From Bugula neritina (taxonomy: Eukaryota > Animalia > Bryozoa), in NCBI GenBank assembly GCA_964035545.1, contig OZ037772.1:10228818-10292817 (forward strand): a stretch of 64,000 nucleotides of DNA. Direction: 5' to 3'. The translations under genes and the position numbers were made by a program. The notes beneath the pieces were generated by a model. It was given only the letters and a program-made list of their open reading frames with translations, did not search any database and was not told the DNA's origin. Shown in pieces: positions 39,781 through 54,851 of the stretch; position 1 is the first letter of the stretch; each line of letters begins with the position of its first letter.

Positions 39781-42700
39781 TCAGTTCACTTTTAGCTGGT
39801 AGAACTTGACTTGTCCATTAGAAGAGTATACTGGAACTACTAGAGTAGAGCCAGTGATGTGTAGATCAGGTATGTAACTCTTTATAGTAGATATCCTGGT
39901 TAGTAACTTGCCTGTAGAGATAAAATTCATAATGTTCTTTTTTAGGAATCAAAGATAATATTAAAAGAGTGCAGTTTATTTGTAGGAAATATATAAATAT
40001 GAATGAACTCATTTCATCAAATAATAATGCATGCATATCGTACACTTGATATATTCTACACAGTAACTAACCTGTATGTAATGATAGTACACAGAGTGAG
40101 GTAGGTTCAGTATAATCAGCCACAAGTACAAACTCATCTCTATAGCAGGTCACTCCACGAGGTTTAGTCACATCCTTACACTGCCATATGATGTCACCTG
40201 ATGAGGTGTCTACTTTGTATACTAGAGATGAGTCATACTGAGATATAATAACTGAGTTGTTATCTGCAGCAGACAGACGTACAGAAGCATCAGTGAGTAG
40301 AGGACAGGATAAAGTGTTTACTACCTCCCCATTCAGAGAGTAGAATACTAGAGTTTTTTTAGGCCTATCAGGAATAGCTATCTGATTGTTTATGATGGCA
40401 AGCTGATTCATGCTATCCGACTTCTCTGGATGAGTCCAGCTGGTGATGAACTTTCCTTTAAGGTCATGAACTCTTACAGTAAAGCCAGTAGACAAAGTAT
40501 ATATCCTATCATTATGTACTGAGATATTCGTCACATTGCTATCTTTAATAGAGATGAATGATTTAGTAACTTTGTTGTTCTCATCTATCCTGTCTACACC
40601 TCCATCACACCCAGCATATGTGACACCTTTATAGGTGTGAACAGAATAGCAGAATGGAGTAACTTTAACAGAGTTTATCAGTTCAACAGACTTGAGTGGT
40701 AGAAGTGAGAGAACTAGTCCTTGTTCAGGAGTTATACTTGCTGTCCTTTCATTGGTCAACTCAATCTCTGTATTTCTTTTCTCTTCTGTAATAAAATATT
40801 GACATGCATGACAAGGTAATATAATATAAAACAGCTGATACATCAGAAAAACCAGCAGATATGTTAGCATACATGTATATATTTACACATCACTACACAA
40901 ACAGCAGTGCTATAGCAGCACTGCAATGACCGTGCACTTTTCATTTAAAAAATTATTATTATAATTTTGGCTTTCTGTACCAGATTATTTTTATGGGAAT
41001 CAAAAATGGTAAAAAATTTACTGCAGAAAAAAATCAGCAGCTGCATTCATGTCAACAAATTATTAAAATCAATTCTAATGATATTCTATTTAGTGATATA
41101 CTACTATATTAAATTAGAACTTGTATTAATATTCTCCAAGAGTAAGCACAGCTATTGCACAAGTGTGTAAATCTATAGAATAGTTGAGAGAAGTATACAG
41201 ATTAATGGAGATGTAGGCCACTTCCTCCTCAGTGTAAATTAAACACTAAAGATTTTCAATAACAACATTTATCTTAAAACATAGTTTAATATAGTAGTTT
41301 TAGAAAATATTAGTTCCTTCATCATGTTAAATTAAAATATTATATATAATATATCGTTATAACACAGGTCAATAGAGAGAAATGCCAGATGAGAAAAATG
41401 TAACAGTTAGCGACATATAGCTTACACACATAATACACCTTCAATCTAAAAGTCAAAATATACTTCTGTGATGATTTTACTTTCAAATACGGCGAGATAC
41501 AAAATGTCATAAAAATGAAAAACTCTTATAGTTCTATTCAATATCTTTTAAATAATTTTGCATGGATAACATATAAAACCAACCTTTCACTTCAGCAGAT
41601 GTTACAATATCAAACCGTGCCAACTTAGGAATCTCTTCTGTCAACAGTCTATCAATCTCCTTCTTCATATCACGGAATGACTTGATAATGTCAACCTAAC
41701 AATATTATATATACAGACAATGTGACACTGTGTAGCAGGTGTTTGGAAGTTGTCTGCTATTATAGAGAATGCGAGCGTTGAGTATGGACAATGATATCAA
41801 CAACAATGCTGTATTTGAGACCAAATAAACCATCTAAAAGACAGCAGTGCAATGCAAAATATTGAAGGATAGTGATTGCAATGCAGCATAAGGGAAACAG
41901 ACTTCTACCAACTATAAATGGGTAATTGGTTTACGCCAATAAACTGTACCCTAGCTATAAGGGAGCACAGATTTCAAAATTGACGCTAATGTATAGTGGG
42001 CTATGCTATTAAATACAGTATCCCAATATAGCATTATAAAGCATCTTCTAGTATTATACAGTATCATATAGTATTATACTGCAGTATCCTACGATACAGT
42101 ATTTTATAGTAATATTATCATATAGTGTTATGTAGTGTCCCATGGTACTATACAGTATGCTATAATATAAGTATTGTGGTATTATTATATTAGTATTAGT
42201 ATCTTACGGTATTATAATACAGTTTCATATAGTGTTAGTACTGGGTGTCAAACCCTTTCAGGCGGAGAAATGAAATACCCTGGTCAAGAAAGGCCACTGT
42301 GTAAAATTTAGCTTGAGCTGGGGCCACAGTGTCAGTATTTTATTAATTACTTCATTTCAAATTCTTATAAATCATTACGCAATGAAGTCCCATTAACTAC
42401 TACAGGCTGCATGTTTTAGCATGTACACAAAAAGACATTTAAAAGGTGTTTTTTTCACTCTAATTGATATATCTGAGCAAAATAATTTCATTTTATGCCT
42501 TTGAGAGCAACATAAATGCTGGAGAGCCCTGTGTTATACAGCATGCTATGTTATAGTACAGTCCCATTATTGGTCATTACCTGATAAATTTTCTACTTAT
42601 ATAATCTTTAGATGCTATTTACAGATAGAGAAAAACAATAAATATAGAAATAATATAAAACATCAAAATATATAAAGCTGTTACAGATCCTAACATATAC

Positions 42701-45700
42701 TATATATGCTCTGCAACTAACCTCATGACTTTGGTCTAACTTAGCCTCTATTCCTTCTCTGTGATTATACAGCTCACAGTATCTAACCCCCACTTCTTCT
42801 ACCATGCATGAAGTTCACTGCTTGACTCTCAGTCTTTTCTCTTTTCTCCACCAGTTCTTTCTCCAGTTTGTCATACTTCTGTTGAATAGCTGCTATCTAA
42901 ACACATTCACATTAAATGTTAGACAAGCTAAAAAAAGTTGGGGAGTGTATAACCATCTTGCGTCTGCCAAAAAAGTAACTTATCTCAGACGGTTATACAG
43001 AAAACTATAAATTAACTCTCACAGTTTCAATATGATCTTTAAAATTATCAAATTTAAAAACCATGCAATAATCACCTGATCATCACGCTGTTTTCATAGC
43101 AACATCAGCAGCTTCTTGGTTTCAGTTTGAAACTCATCAATGTTTGCAGCTATCTGTTTGTAATAAGCAGATAAGTCGTCTTCTCTTGTCTTCAACTTTG
43201 TGACTTCCACCAGCTGCATTGTTAAATCTTTCAATGTCAAGAGTGTGTGCTGTGATGTACCTGAAGTAATATATACAAAGTAATGTATAAGCTGTTGTGT
43301 ACCTGAATCATGTAATATATATAGCAAGTAAACAGAAGAATAGACACTTACCATCGTCACATACACCAGCTGTAGGTACACACTGAGTACAGAGTAGTTT
43401 GAGACAGACTTTACAACCCAAAGTATACTCTACGTCTGCATGTGTCTCACACATTCTCTTCTCTAACTTAGCAGCACGAGTTTTATACTCTGTCATATCA
43501 ATTCTAGAGTGTTCTTCAGACACAACGTCATGATCCTACAACAAAGTTATATTATAGAGTAGTACTTAGTTTATAATTGATGACATTGTATATAAAAAAG
43601 CATGTATATGTATCCTAATGGCCATGTCATTATGCTATAATGTAGAAAATATACACCCAACATTGCATAACTCATTCAAAAAATATATAAAGCCAAATTA
43701 CGCAGCATATAATATGTTATAGTGCCACGAATGTTATAATTAGTTAGTCTTGAGAGTTGTATGTACACTTGATCATGACTTTATCCAACGTATAACAACT
43801 CACATTATGATTTTTGCTGATCAATACATTCCAAAATTTAAATTTGTGTGAACATATGAATGAAAACGAATGAATAATTTCATTTACCAAACTAAAAAGT
43901 TATTTTATCAAATATTGCAGAGTTTTTTTTGTGAAACCAGCAAATTGTTTGTCAGTAAAACATAATAAAAACCCAGAGGTTTTGGACTAATATTATTTTG
44001 AAACATAGCCAGTTGCTACGGCTATCCAGTTTTACAACACATAAGGGAAACATGCAAAAAGAAATTAAAGAGTGCTGACTTACAATGACATGTTTAACAC
44101 AGTAAAGTTTAGAACAAACTAAACAATACATCAGAGCAGGTGTATTATTCACTCCTGACTTTGTACAGACTTCACAGAGTATAGACTTATCTATCTTTTT
44201 CATCTGGTCTGCTGTTGGTAACTTATCAGGTGTTGTATCGAACACTTGCCTGTAATATAAATGGTGAATACGTGCAACATTATCTGCTGTAGGCTATAAG
44301 TTTTGTTACGATACAATGATACAACGAGGTAGAGTTAAATACCAACTGTTGCTAGTTTTATTATTGCTAAATTAAAATCCTGCTTTTCTTAAAATACCTG
44401 CCCTTGTGTTTACATGCAGTTTTCTTTTAATTAGACCCATGTAAGACTCACTACACATGACTAGGGCAACACTAAAACCTAGACCATGGTTGCTTCTGTG
44501 TGTTGCAACTATAGCAGCTAAAAATAGCATGCAATGAAATCCTAAAATTAATTTTTAATAATAATTCTAAAATGCCACCAGCTTATAACCTGTTATAAGT
44601 TTTATCAACAAGCAATCAAAAATTTAAAACTAATCAAAAGTTGTTTCTAGAACTAACTTGCTTGCGTCTAAAGGTTTGAAAAAATGTTCTCTAGAATGCA
44701 ACTGAGATATATTTGAATATTTCAATATAATATTACGGCATAAACAATGTGTCATATAGATTCTGTAAGAAGAGGATGTTGTAATGCTGGCTCTTTCCAT
44801 ATCAACAGTACGCAGTAACTTTTGATTATGTATAGGGAGAACAATGTTTCCATCTATAAGCCACTGTATAGAACAACTATATAGGTCTGTAGACTGAACA
44901 AACATTTCTCAAAGTCTTTTGAAAATAGTTTTTACTAGCTCCTATTTTACACATCTCAAAATATCAAATGACATGAAACCTTTAGTCATATTGGTGCCGT
45001 GATATTCTATGGATGATGTAAGCTTGCATTAACCACGGCATAGCAAAATGGAATTGGTGCGAGGTGCTCTGATTAAACACATTTAGCACTCAGTCATAGC
45101 TTTGCATAACATTTATTATTGTGACAAATTATTCTGATAAAATCTATCTGACTCTATACACAATTACTGAACCAAGGCTTTATTGTACAAGTTATTCACA
45201 AAAATAATAGAGTAAAAAATCAAAGATCTCCATTGTACAAATAACAATAGAACAATTGTGTGAAAATCTCAGTGCGTTATTAATGTTGTTTTTCTCTATT
45301 GTCACAACTTTCTATAACTAGAAAAGCTAAGCTATTTCCAAATAGCATTTAGGTTGCTCAATAACAAAGTACGTTTAGTTAGGCATTACATCTCATTGAT
45401 ATGCTCCATTGATCTCTAATATATTACATTGGAGAACTTGAACTGACTAACTTTTGATTTAAACGTAGTCATTGACAACGTGAATACATTCTAATACTTA
45501 ATTGACTTAAGGGTTTAGTAACAAAGCTTTCTGTCAACATTCAGTCAATCAATTTTTGATATACAAGTATCTGTATCTAACCCTACACTCTGGTTATAGT
45601 ACCATGTCATAGTGACATATAATATCTCTATTGACTTCACAGTAAAGCAAACTATAGGTCTCTGTTTGTATAGGATATATTACAACTCATATCAAGTAGG

Positions 45701-46766
45701 GTTTGGAACCTATTTATAGCACCACCTGACTGTAAGATATATTATATTACATATGCAGACAACATATAATAAATCATGTGGCAGTACAAACATTTATTAT
45801 TTGGATTCTGCTCTGATAAAGTATATTTTACTCAAACCATAGCTACTGGGTTGTAGGGTTTGGTTATGCAACCAAAAATTAAAGGAATAGCATAATGAAA
45901 TAAAAGAGTTATATTGTATGTAACAACAGATCTATTGGGTGCCGTTTCTTTGTGCTTCTTGTGTATTGTATTATGACCACTTCAAAAAACTAGAAAAGCT
46001 TGACAAATTGTCAAAAGAATAAGAAAACAAAGCATATTTCGTTTCCAATCTAAATCATTGAGTGCACCCAACAAGGTGGTAGGTGTTGAAAAACTGCCTA
46101 AAAACTGCAACCGCATTAGAACAATGAATTTAATTTTAAACCTAATCTACTTAATGATGACCGTATTGCATTGTGAATAATTCAACTTACAAAAACTTGG
46201 AACAAAAAAAACTAAGACCAGCTTATTAGTGCCGATCATGACTTTAACCTTAGCATAAGTAAAATATCAAGACTTTATTAGACATTTTGATCAATGAGGT
46301 AGTTATCAGTATGAAACACTAAAATCACTGAAACGCTTCTCTAATGCTCACATTAAAAAAATGCACAATACTGCATTTAAGTAAAACACCTGATTTTATT
46401 ATATATACTGCATATTAAAATTGTTATAATAAAACATCTTATAATACAAATTTGTCAACATCTACTTATTTTTCTTGGTAATAATAATATATAAATCAGG
46501 ATATATGCACTGCATAGCATGAACCATGAGGTTATTGATCAACATTATTATGAAATATATGACATTATGTAACATATTATACTATATATTATGATATTAT
46601 TCACCCACCGACATATTCCACATTTAAGAGCATTCAGCCTGCCATAGAATTCATTCAAACACTTGTCACAGTGTGGGTGAGTACAAGGTAGTGCCTTACA
46701 TTCCTCTAACTTGAGTTGAGATAAACAAATAGTACATCTCACCATTTGTTGTGGTTTAGAAGCCAT
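39781..46766 (-). pseudogene. TRIM copy C (pseudogene)
   Basis: Exons 46766-46609, 44249-44084, 43535-43352, 43260-43076, 42896-42722, 41695-41584, 40785-40072, 39911-39781. In-frame TGA at 43096-43094; a 4-nt CATG duplication at about 42803-42810 makes that exon 175 instead of 171 nt. Confidence 0.9.
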
Positions 46767-49700
46767 TTTGTCCTACAAGTAGATTAGTATAATTGCTGTT
46801 ATTATTTGCAGGTATGATAACACAAGTGCAATAAGTATGTATTTTTTATTAAATAACATAAATATAAGAAGTATAGTATCCAATGCTCATTATATTATAT
46901 AACATATACTGTATAGTGGAAACTTCTTTACTGTAACTACAGTACTTATAAACATTATATTAAAACAATACACATGTGAATACCCCTAACAGGTGTTACA
47001 AGTCACCCAGAGTGCTTAAAGCAGCTGAAAAATATGATAAAATGTATAAATATTAGAATTGTTTTGCTGCTCAACTACAATAATAATAATAGTTGGAATA
47101 GAATAAATGTATTTTGTATTAAATAAACTAGCAATTTAAATCATTACCAGCTAAAAGTGACAAGTTGAACTAATAAACTTGTTAGACTAATTACCTGTAT
47201 TTTGTGATCAATGAAGTACGTGCTGTTTCCACACACTCCTCTGAAAGCTGCAACAATCCAGTCTTAAGTGAAACTGCATCTTAATAAACAACTCATGACT
47301 CATTGTAGGGAACTGGAATGTCCAATTAGGGCGGAGTTATTAACTTCCTTTTTGTGTGTCCAATCAGAATAGTGGATCTATTCTATAAGTTTATTCAGAG
47401 CAATCATAGATTTTATTGTGTACATAGAAATTCATTGTTTGCTAACTATTGAGAGATATTGATTTTTTCCACCAATGAAAAAGAGAGTGACTTGTAAATT
47501 AATTGCCTGTACCGGACTTGCAAGCAGGCTCGATAACCAATTACACTATAACAGGGGCTTCGGGATTCCAAACAAAATAACTTGCTAGTAAAGCTCATCT
47601 ATGTATTTTCATTATTTATACTTTAGTTTAGTATTACTAACAAGTGACTATGCAGCTCCATAAAGTGTTGCTTGTATATGTTGAGTTAAAATACATGAAT
47701 GTTGCAGCAGAGGTAGCATGTAACAGTGTTGACTATTAAATAGACGGCACATGTCTTCTAATATATTTCTATAACTACACTCAGATTAAACATACTTCCT
47801 TCTCACTGCTTAAACAGCTCTGACCCATATACTATTATAAGATAACTCACCACAGTATATACAACTCTAATTAATAGCAACTATAATATTATGCTTTGTA
47901 CAATGTTTACTTTAACAGAGATGAAAGGTTACAAGAGGCCGCACACAAAAGGTTATATTTTAAAGCATTAAGTTTTATATCATATGGTCTGATACATAAT
48001 ATAACATGTCAGTTTAATTGTTGTTGCTGCATAGAAATCAGTTTGAGTTTGTAGAAATGTTTAAAGAGTTTTGGTGAACAGAATGTGATGGTTGACAAAA
48101 CTTTATCTGAACTTGTTTCTTTTGCGAAGCAGACACTGTCTTGGCTTCATCTCTGCTTTTATTATATAACATTTAAATTATAAATATGGATAACTTACCG
48201 AAAAAAAATCTCTGTATGCCAATACTTCGTAGATAGAAGTCGTTTTGCTTTTTCGCCAAATGAAGGGTAGTTTAGGTTTGTAGAAATATCAGCTCCCATA
48301 CCTTTTGGAGAATAAGCCTTTTGGTTTTATTACATAACATTTGAATTTTATATAATGAAAACTTACTGAAAAAGAATATCTCTGTATGTCAATACTTTGT
48401 AGATAGAAATTGTTTGCTTTTTCACCAAAAGAAGGGTAGTTCAAGTTTGTAGAAATATCATATCTTTTGTAGAATAAGCTTTTTAGTGAAAGTTTTAATT
48501 CCCGCTTATAATAGCACTGAATAGTAGGCTGTATAATAAGCTGGAGAAGAGAAAGCAGTTTAGCTGCACTCAAATTATTAGTATGGCAATAATCTCTAGA
48601 AAAAAAACTAGTCATTTGCATTATGATCTTTTCCACATTGTTTTATAAAAATAATTTTTTCAGAGTAATAGAAACAGTTTATACTAAATAAAAATTGATT
48701 GTTTATGAACTACTAACTAATTCCTATTTGTAACATGTCTAATAGATGTGTGATATTTTATAGAAGGTGATAATAAAAATACTAAAGGATATTCAAAGTA
48801 AAACCGGATAGGATTTTGGGATTTCTCTTTATTAGCTGAAGAGTCAATTGCTAAATAAAAGGCAATCTAATGTTTAATAAATGAGCTGCTTAATAAGTAA
48901 GGGAATAATGTGCTTTTTCTTGCTACTGATTATAATTTCATACCATAGCTGAAAACAGTTTCAAGTCATACCATATCTGAATGCAACACAGCAATCTGTT
49001 CATATTAATAGCAGAATCTGATACATTAGTAATTTCTAAGACAGCAAACATAAACACAGTTAATTGGGCTGGATAATTGCAAACAACAAAAATTTAGTCA
49101 AGATAGAAAATAATAGGAAATTGAGTGAAAATTTTGCAAATTTAAAGTACATAATATATATCTAGCCACCACCAATAAGATTGTTATACAAAGTTATTAC
49201 ATATTTGTAGAAATATATTGTGTATAATTGATATAACACACAATTGCCGGGATTTTCCGGTATATAATGCACCAGTACAAGAACTTGAGTGATAATATTG
49301 AATGAAAACTACTACTTGTACGATAGTGGCATATCACATGGTTATAGCCTGTCTAGTAGTTCACTGTAAAGCAGGAAGTTAAACGCGCAGAAGTCTGTAG
49401 TAAAGTAAACTGACATAGTTGACTGATTAAAGCAGTGATGTACTGGGAAGGTAACTCCTTATGTATGACTCAACATGATGTGTTCTACAAAGCATAGCAT
49501 GAGTGTCTAGTATATACAATATCTGCCATATTATAATAATATAACACTATGATACATTAGTATACAGTGTATGCATTGTAAACAGTTGCTTTATAATTTA
49601 ACTGTTGATTGATAACTAATCAGGGGAGATAACTGGTAATAATGTGCACACTACTATATAGTTAACCGACAATATTATTATAATACTATAGAGAGTCATA

Positions 49701-49866
49701 ATATTTCTATGCAATAAAATGCAATTCAACACACAATATTATACAACAAGATGCAATGTAAAACTATTCAATACAAAGCAGCATTAGCAAGATGAATTAG
49801 AAAGGCACTCAGTACCTCTCACAACAACATTTACTGACCTTTATTGGGGAATCCCAGTCTATAAGT

Positions 49867-52800
49867 TCACTTCCACTTGAGCTGATAGAACCTAACTTGG
49901 GAATACAAGTGTACTAGAACTACTAAAGTAGAGCCAGTGATGTGGAGACCAGATATGTAATAACTGTTTTCAGCAGACATCCTGGTTAGTAACTTGCCTG
50001 TTGAGATAAAAGACATAGTGTTCTTTTTTACCAATCAAAGATAATATAAAGAGAGTGCAGTTTATTTGCAGCAAATAACTATAAATATGAACGAACTCAT
50101 TTCATCAAATTATAACACATGTATTTCATACACTATATGTATTTTACACAGTAACTAACCTGTATGTAATGATAGTACACAGAGTGTGGTAGGTATAGTT
50201 TCATCAGCCACAACTACAAACTCATCTCTATAGCAGGTCACTCCACGAGGTGAATCCACATCCTTACACTGCCATATGATGTCACCTGATGAGGTGTCTA
50301 TTTTGTATACTAGAGATGAGTAATACTGAGATATAATAATTGAGTTGTTATCTGCAGCAGACAGACGTACAGGAGTATCAGTGAGTAGAGGACAGGGTAA
50401 AGTGTTTACTACCTCCCCATTCAGAGAGTAAAATACTAAAGTCTTATTTAGCTTGTCAGGAATAGCTATCTGATTGTTTATGATGGCAAGCTGATACCTC
50501 CTCTCCAATTTATCTGGATGTGTCCAGCTAGTGATAGACTTCCCTTTAAGGTCATGAACTCTTACAGTTGAATCAGAAGACAAAGTATATATCTTATCAT
50601 TATGTACTGAGATACTCAACACATCGATACCCTTAATAGAGATGAATGATTCTGTTACTTTGTTGTTCTCATCTATCCTGGCTACACCTTTTCTACACCC
50701 AGCATATGTGACACCTTTATAGGTGTGAACAGAATAGCAGAATGGAGAAACTTCAACAGCGTTTATCAGTTCTATAGACTTGGGTGGTGGAGGTGAGAGA
50801 ACCAGTCCTTGTTCAGGAGTTATACTTGCAGCTCTTTCATTGGTCAGTTCAATCTCTATATTTCTTTTCTCTTCTATAATAAAATATTGACATGCATGCC
50901 AAGGTAATATAATATAAGACGGCTGATACATCAGAAAAACTAGCAGATATGTAAACATACATCTATATCTTTGTGCATCACTACACAAACAGCAGTGCTA
51001 TAGCAGCACTGCAATGACCATGCACTTTCCATTTAAAAATAAACATTATAATTTTGACATTATAGACCAGATTATTTTTATGGGAATCAACTATTGAAAA
51101 AAATTTACTGCAGAAAAAATCAGCAGCTGTGTTCATGTCAACAAAATTTTAAAATCAATTCTAATGATAGTCTATTTTAGTGAGATACTACTATATTAAA
51201 TTAGGTTATGTTCACCAAAAACTTGTATTAGTATTCTCCAAGAGTAAGCACAGCTATTGCACAAGTGTGTAAATCTATAATGTAGTTGAGAGAAATATAC
51301 AGATTGGGGGAGATATAAGCCACCCCCCTATAAATTAAATGTGTAAATTAAACACTAAAGATTCCCACTAATTATAGTTTATTAGTAGGTTATATACTGG
51401 CAATAATACAAACCCAGTTTTAGAAAATATTAGTTCGTTCATCATGTTAAATTAAAATATTATATACAATATATGGTTATAACACAGGTCAATAGAGAGA
51501 ATTGCCAGATGGGGAAATGTAACATTTAGCAACATATAGCTTACACACATAATACACCTTCAATCTAAAAGTCAAAATATACTTCCGTGATGATGTTACT
51601 TAAATATGGCTAGATACAAAATGTCATAAATGAACAACGTTTATACTTCTATTCAATATATTTCTTTAATTAAGTTTGCATGGATAACATATAAAACCAA
51701 CTTTTGCCTTTCACAGATGTTACAAGATCAAATTCTATCAACTTAGGAATCTCTTCTGTCAACAGTCTATCAATCTCCTTCTTCATATCACGATATGACT
51801 TAATGATGTCAACCTAACAATATTATATATACAGACAATGTGACACTGTGTAGCAGGTGTTTAAAAGTTGTCTGCTATTATAGAGAATGCTAGCGTTGAA
51901 TATGAACAATGAGATCAACAACAATGCTGTATTTGACACCAACTAAACCATCTAAAAACAGCATTACAATGCAAAAGATTGCAGGATCAAGTGTGAAAAG
52001 CACAATTCATGGGAAAAAAGCTTCTACAAGCTAATTATATGCCCTATAGTATTATACAGTGTCCTATAGTAATATACAGTGTGCTATAGTATTATACAGT
52101 ATCCTATAGTAATATACAGTGTCCTATAGTAGCGAATTCTTTTCATTACAATATATCTATTTATATTACCTAAACGATCTACAGATGTTATATAAACTAT
52201 CAAACTGCCACAAATACACACACCCTAACATCTACTATCAATCCATACTCTACAACGAACCTCATGACTTTGGTCTAACTTAGCCTCTATTCTTTCTCTG
52301 TGATTATAAAGCTCACTGTATCTAACCCCCACTTTTTCTACCATGAAATTCACTGCTTGACTCTCAGTCTTTTCTCTCTTCTCCACCAGTTCTTTCTCCA
52401 GTTCGTCATACTTCTGTTGAATAGCTGCTATCTAAATACATTCACATTAAATGTTAGACAAGCTAGAAAAATTTGGAGAGTGTCTGAATATATAACCATC
52501 TTGCATCTACCAAAAAATAGCATCTCTTAAATTATTATAAAGAAGCTATAAACAAACTCTCACAGTTTCTATATGATCTTTATAATTATCAAATTTAAAA
52601 AACATGTAATAATCACCTGATCATCACGCTGTTTCCATAGCATCCCCAGTAACTTCTTGGTTTCAGTTCGAAACTCATCAATGTTTGCAGCTATCTGTTT
52701 GTAATAAGCAGATAAGTTGTCTTCTCTTGTCTTCAACTTTGTGACTTCTACCAGCTGCATTGTTAAATCCTTCAACGTCAAGAGTGTATGCTGTGATGTA

Positions 52801-54085
52801 CCTAAAGTATATACAAAGTAATGTATAAGCTGTTGTGTACCTGAATCATGTAATATATATAGCAAGTAAACAGAAGAATAGACACTTACCATCGTCACAT
52901 ACACCAGCTGTAGATACACACTGAGTACAGAGTAGTTTGAGACAGACTTTACAACCCAAAGTATACTCTACGTCTCCATGTGTCTCACACATTTTCTTCT
53001 GTAACTTAGCAGCACGAGCTTTGTATTCTGTCATATTAATTCTAGAATGTTCCTCGGCCAGATTGTCATGGTCCTAAGACAAATATATACAAAAGAGTTT
53101 GTGGCTTACTAACGATATTACATCTAAGATTGCATATAATATACATTATAATGGTCCTAATGTCATGATCATATAATGCCTAAAGTATATATGCAATAGT
53201 ATACAATTTAAAAATATTTAAAGATATATTGTGCAATCTATTACAATAAAAGCATGGATGTAAGAAATCAATCTTGAGAGTTATGTCTCCTTGATCATAA
53301 CTTTTATCTAATGTATAATAAACTACAGCATGCTGATCGATAAATTTTAGGAGGTAAAGACTCAAAACCAATTCATGTGAGCAAATGAGTAAAAACAAAT
53401 GAAAACAAATTAATGTTTTCAATTGATGAACCAAATCAAATATCGCAAACAATTTGTTGCAAAACCATTAAATCATTTCTCCGCAAAGTATCACCAAAAT
53501 CTCAAGCTTTTAGTTTCAGAATATCACATGTAAGGATATATACACAGAAAACACGAAAAATAGTGTTAACTTACAATGACATGTTTAGCACAGTACAGTT
53601 TGGAACAAACTAAACAATACATCAGAGCAGGTGTGTTATTAACTCCTGACTTTGTACAGACTTCACAGAGTATAGACTTATCTATCTGTTTCATCTGGTC
53701 TGCTGTTGGCAACTTATCAGGTGTAGTATTGAATACCTGTCTGTAACATAAATGATGAATTTATTGTTGATATATCATCAATTAGTTTTATCTTAGAGAA
53801 CATTTATCAATCAACGCTCATAGTATAATTCGCTCTGTTCCACCTTGTGATATTATATTAACTGTAATATATACTAGACAGTAGACTTAGCGAAAACCAA
53901 ATAGCAAATACTTTGACATAAACTTACCGACATATTCCACATTTAAGAACGTTTAGCCTTCCATAGAATTCATTCAAACACTTGTCACAGTGTGGGTGAG
54001 TACAAGGTAATGCTTTACATTCCTCTAACTTGAGTGTAGATAAACAAATAGTACATCTCACCATTGGTTGTGGTTTGGATGCCAT
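49867..54085 (-). CDS. TRIM copy D (intact, 606 aa)
   Basis: Exons 54085-53928, 53740-53575, 53073-52890, 52801-52617, 52431-52261, 51813-51702, 50873-50160, 49997-49867; in frame, no stop seen. Confidence 0.88.
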
Positions 54086-54796
54086 TTTGTTCTACAATTA
54101 CATCATATTAAGACGACACAATCATGTTGATCACAATGATTTCAGAGCAGTTATCAATACTTATACAAGTGGATGGCAAGAGAATTAAAAGAAGATTTGG
54201 ACATTGCCCAAGTTAAAAGAACAGCAAACAATTCTATCACCAACTATCTGATATTAATATTGAATTATTTACATCTACATCTAGCAAGGGCTGACACTAG
54301 ACTAGGTAGTAACTTTGCGTTCGAGGCTGTCGTCATTTCGACTGTGGTGTTAACCAACTTACAGTTAGTGATTCATTAACATTCAACCTATTATTATTAA
54401 AGTTAATAATTAATTCCTTATGAAAATGACAATACTTTTATCATTCATTTTGATATTAGTTAAGTGAGACTGAGAGCAAACATTGCAATCTGCCAGTCAT
54501 AATCACAATAACAATCACAGTGGCAATCAATAATTTCAATCATGTATTTTTAAAACTTATGTGATGGATGATTACACTTCCAGTTATAACCATAATCCTA
54601 ATACTATAGTAATAGTAATAGCAAAAAGTAGAAGTTGAATATCAATATGGTAAATTAAAATTGGCTCACCAAAAAAGTGTTCGCTGAGTGACTTAGGTTC
54701 TCCAATTCTAATAGTATTTGTGTCCAATCGAATGGGTATGATTGACCTACTTCTAGTTCTACTCAAAACTGCTTTGCAAGCTGCTGCGAGGAAGTT

Positions 54797-54851
54797 GAAA
54801 ATGAAACTGCGCTACAGATGAGTAATAGAAGTTTCGCGATTTGGAAATTTT
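54797..54851. promoter_or_regulatory. ISRE-consensus motif upstream of TRIM D (kappaB-like site degenerate)
   Basis: GAAAATGAAACT at 54797-54808; paralogous to 27006. Confidence 0.5.
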
